From positions 1-57,102 of IMG/VR virus record IMGVR_UViG_3300031774_000016: DNA of 57,102 nucleotides, one strand, 5' to 3'. The DNA is from a virus (taxonomy: Duplodnaviria; Caudoviricetes). Below are positions 56,601 through 57,102 of the stretch, in pieces. A program made the translations under genes and the position numbers. Position 1 is the stretch's first letter. Every line of letters starts with the position of its first letter. Under the pieces are notes generated by a model. The model was not told where the DNA came from, did no database searches, and saw nothing but the letters and a program-made list of their open reading frames with translations.

Positions 56601-57102
56601 AGATGATACTTTGACGGTTGAAGGTAATATTACGGTTAATAGTATTAAGACACCTGCTACAATCGGTGGAGTTGCATCAACTACTCTAAATTCATCAGCT
56701 AGTATAGAATCTGATGGATTTGCCTCATTTAAATCTGCTTCCATAGGTGGATTTCATGTTTCTTCGGATACCATAAACGATACAAATGATAGATTGATAT
56801 TAAAATCAAGTGGTCAGATAACTGGTTCAAAAGTATTATTTAGTGGTGGTAATATTGGTGGATGGACTATTAATGAAACGAATATAACAAGTCCAGGAGC
56901 TGGAATTAGACTTAATGCAAATGGAGATAATTCAGAAATATCCATAAACTCTCATACCTTCGCAAATGAAGGAATACAATTAGGATTCAATGGTGGAAGT
57001 CCAAGATTTTACGCTGGTGATGGGGCCCAAAACTTTTTAAGATATGATTCGAGTAATGGTGTATCAATTAAGACAACTTTATTTGAATTAGATACACCTA
57101 CA
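53674..57102 (+). CDS. Large virion/tail-fibre-like protein, 3'-truncated (absent from ORF track)
   Basis: GGAG SD, ATG at 53674, frame appears open to the window end (>1100 aa, MAILRRYNKYQGLKDIDV...); G.IGG[FW].I motifs and an internal repeat NNIRTPAQIGG / NSIKTPATIGG. Confidence 0.8.
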   Translation, partial: MAILRRYNKYQGLKDIDVLIEDDAPISQYFNVAEVPDIISQGRSSFLVGGSSLLKNGVELKFELINDATGKTIYLEPVSNYLEGDARRISVEIYDDAETFGDATLYCLGELNPNEVDVPAEWRDIYNVRWYRKIYISGAGTNSEPIYFYNQPSMWVGEIVKGFVETSFPTGSVQQTGEVSGEPLPGTEGTNPSTEEVSSIKVLQKGFKSKVFGGGGKNAGVSRRGRKARRASPEVDKFSFSIEDETSKSDVRHVGATFKVNNPQPAESFELESYHEVPTIYETDIVDVKTDKQLVPAKEFVITDTRFPEDDERRKVIVPLAKSPYTMSFQPAPTHSVSTVNFRSFADVRISKMRTFSGDVHRVKLYAKNKDAFGDFELIADTPIESPEILFDVFSSAGSKRIGYFNDQSTLDDYWSSASNTTASLNSTYVLDSVHISGSNSQPNELLKFQITGSRPIEFYKGIDYSIRARIIGEAGPKSFTDGEALTSFGELGIFLSGSSFETNHNFGNEYGFQLTPPGESTPGSLTIESVDGPGLKDFGIVEEVFTPLRNGEDNVLQFGIPAGNFYISDISITPVADTGFSPDWIKIVAPVPPFSQERPDDYEFMAEFYDVNNNVADTVTHVSASTFVGANNYIVGSDNVLSGSMFIGSAIGSGIEMAGVSSGFIRSIGYKGFTSASAYPTQGPGFLMYSGSVLTDVTDDYSNGGIGLELVGHSGSYLRFRTNPSELDIRTDAFFIGQEPLQYISGSEGNIEISSSLFHLDPKNERLVIGADATINADLTVNNIRTPAQIGGAPSTFANASASITSQGNVVFRSGSIANWKIFGSKLSGSNATLDADGAALYMSDKGPNTDNSATFDIQRDEYYIDFTPADQGNDRNYYVKFGPNFAVDSDGVLIASGAVFEGQITASTGLIGGASIESASLAYSPFWRISSSADQTDPTSFISSSEFKVSAGGLVTGSAILLGDKGGGNYLQFIDDTLTVEGNITVNSIKTPATIGGVASTTLNSSASIESDGFASFKSASIGGFHVSSDTINDTNDRLILKSSGQITGSKVLFSGGNIGGWTINETNITSPGAGIRLNANGDNSEISINSHTFANEGIQLGFNGGSPRFYAGDGAQNFLRYDSSNGVSIKTTLFELDTPT

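Noticed and set aside
1-57102. Stop-codon reassignment, as in some large phages
   Set aside because: Long genes are intact in the standard code, and TAA, TAG and TGA all end genes at sensible boundaries.

Overview
This AT-rich window (roughly 30-33% GC by eye) is densely coded, almost entirely on the + strand, and reads as part of a large myovirus-like (jumbo/T4-like) phage genome. Core phage functions include a gp55-like late sigma factor, a baseplate/tail block (gp5-, gp25- and gp6-like plus several large virion proteins, 25.9-41.7 kb and 53.7 kb to the end), and a replication/recombination block (resolvase-like nuclease, primase, fused SbcD-SbcC). It also carries a DNA methyltransferase, an HD hydrolase, tRNA-Cys, a tmRNA and host-like genes (Hsp20, J-domain protein, Hc1-like protein, peptide deformylase, IMPDH/GMPR-family enzyme). 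An early region (7.4-14.9 kb) of small ORFs is driven by repeated sigma70-type promoters. The most unusual content is a set of cell-envelope and second-messenger genes: (i) two type IV pilins behind an apparent sigma54 -24/-12 promoter with upstream enhancer-like repeats; (ii) an anchor-less exported TonB C-terminal domain plus a complete TonB-dependent receptor preceded by a compact pseudoknot; (iii) a 41.8-46.3 kb module with an MshEN (c-di-GMP-binding) membrane protein, a Popeye-like cNMP-binding membrane protein, an outer-membrane beta-barrel, a mini-MscS-like protein and an unannotated 43-aa, 17-Cys metallothionein-like peptide. I infer a phage system that remodels or jams the host's pilus and TonB receptor machinery and senses host cyclic nucleotides. 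All family calls come from motif recognition by eye; no searches were run.
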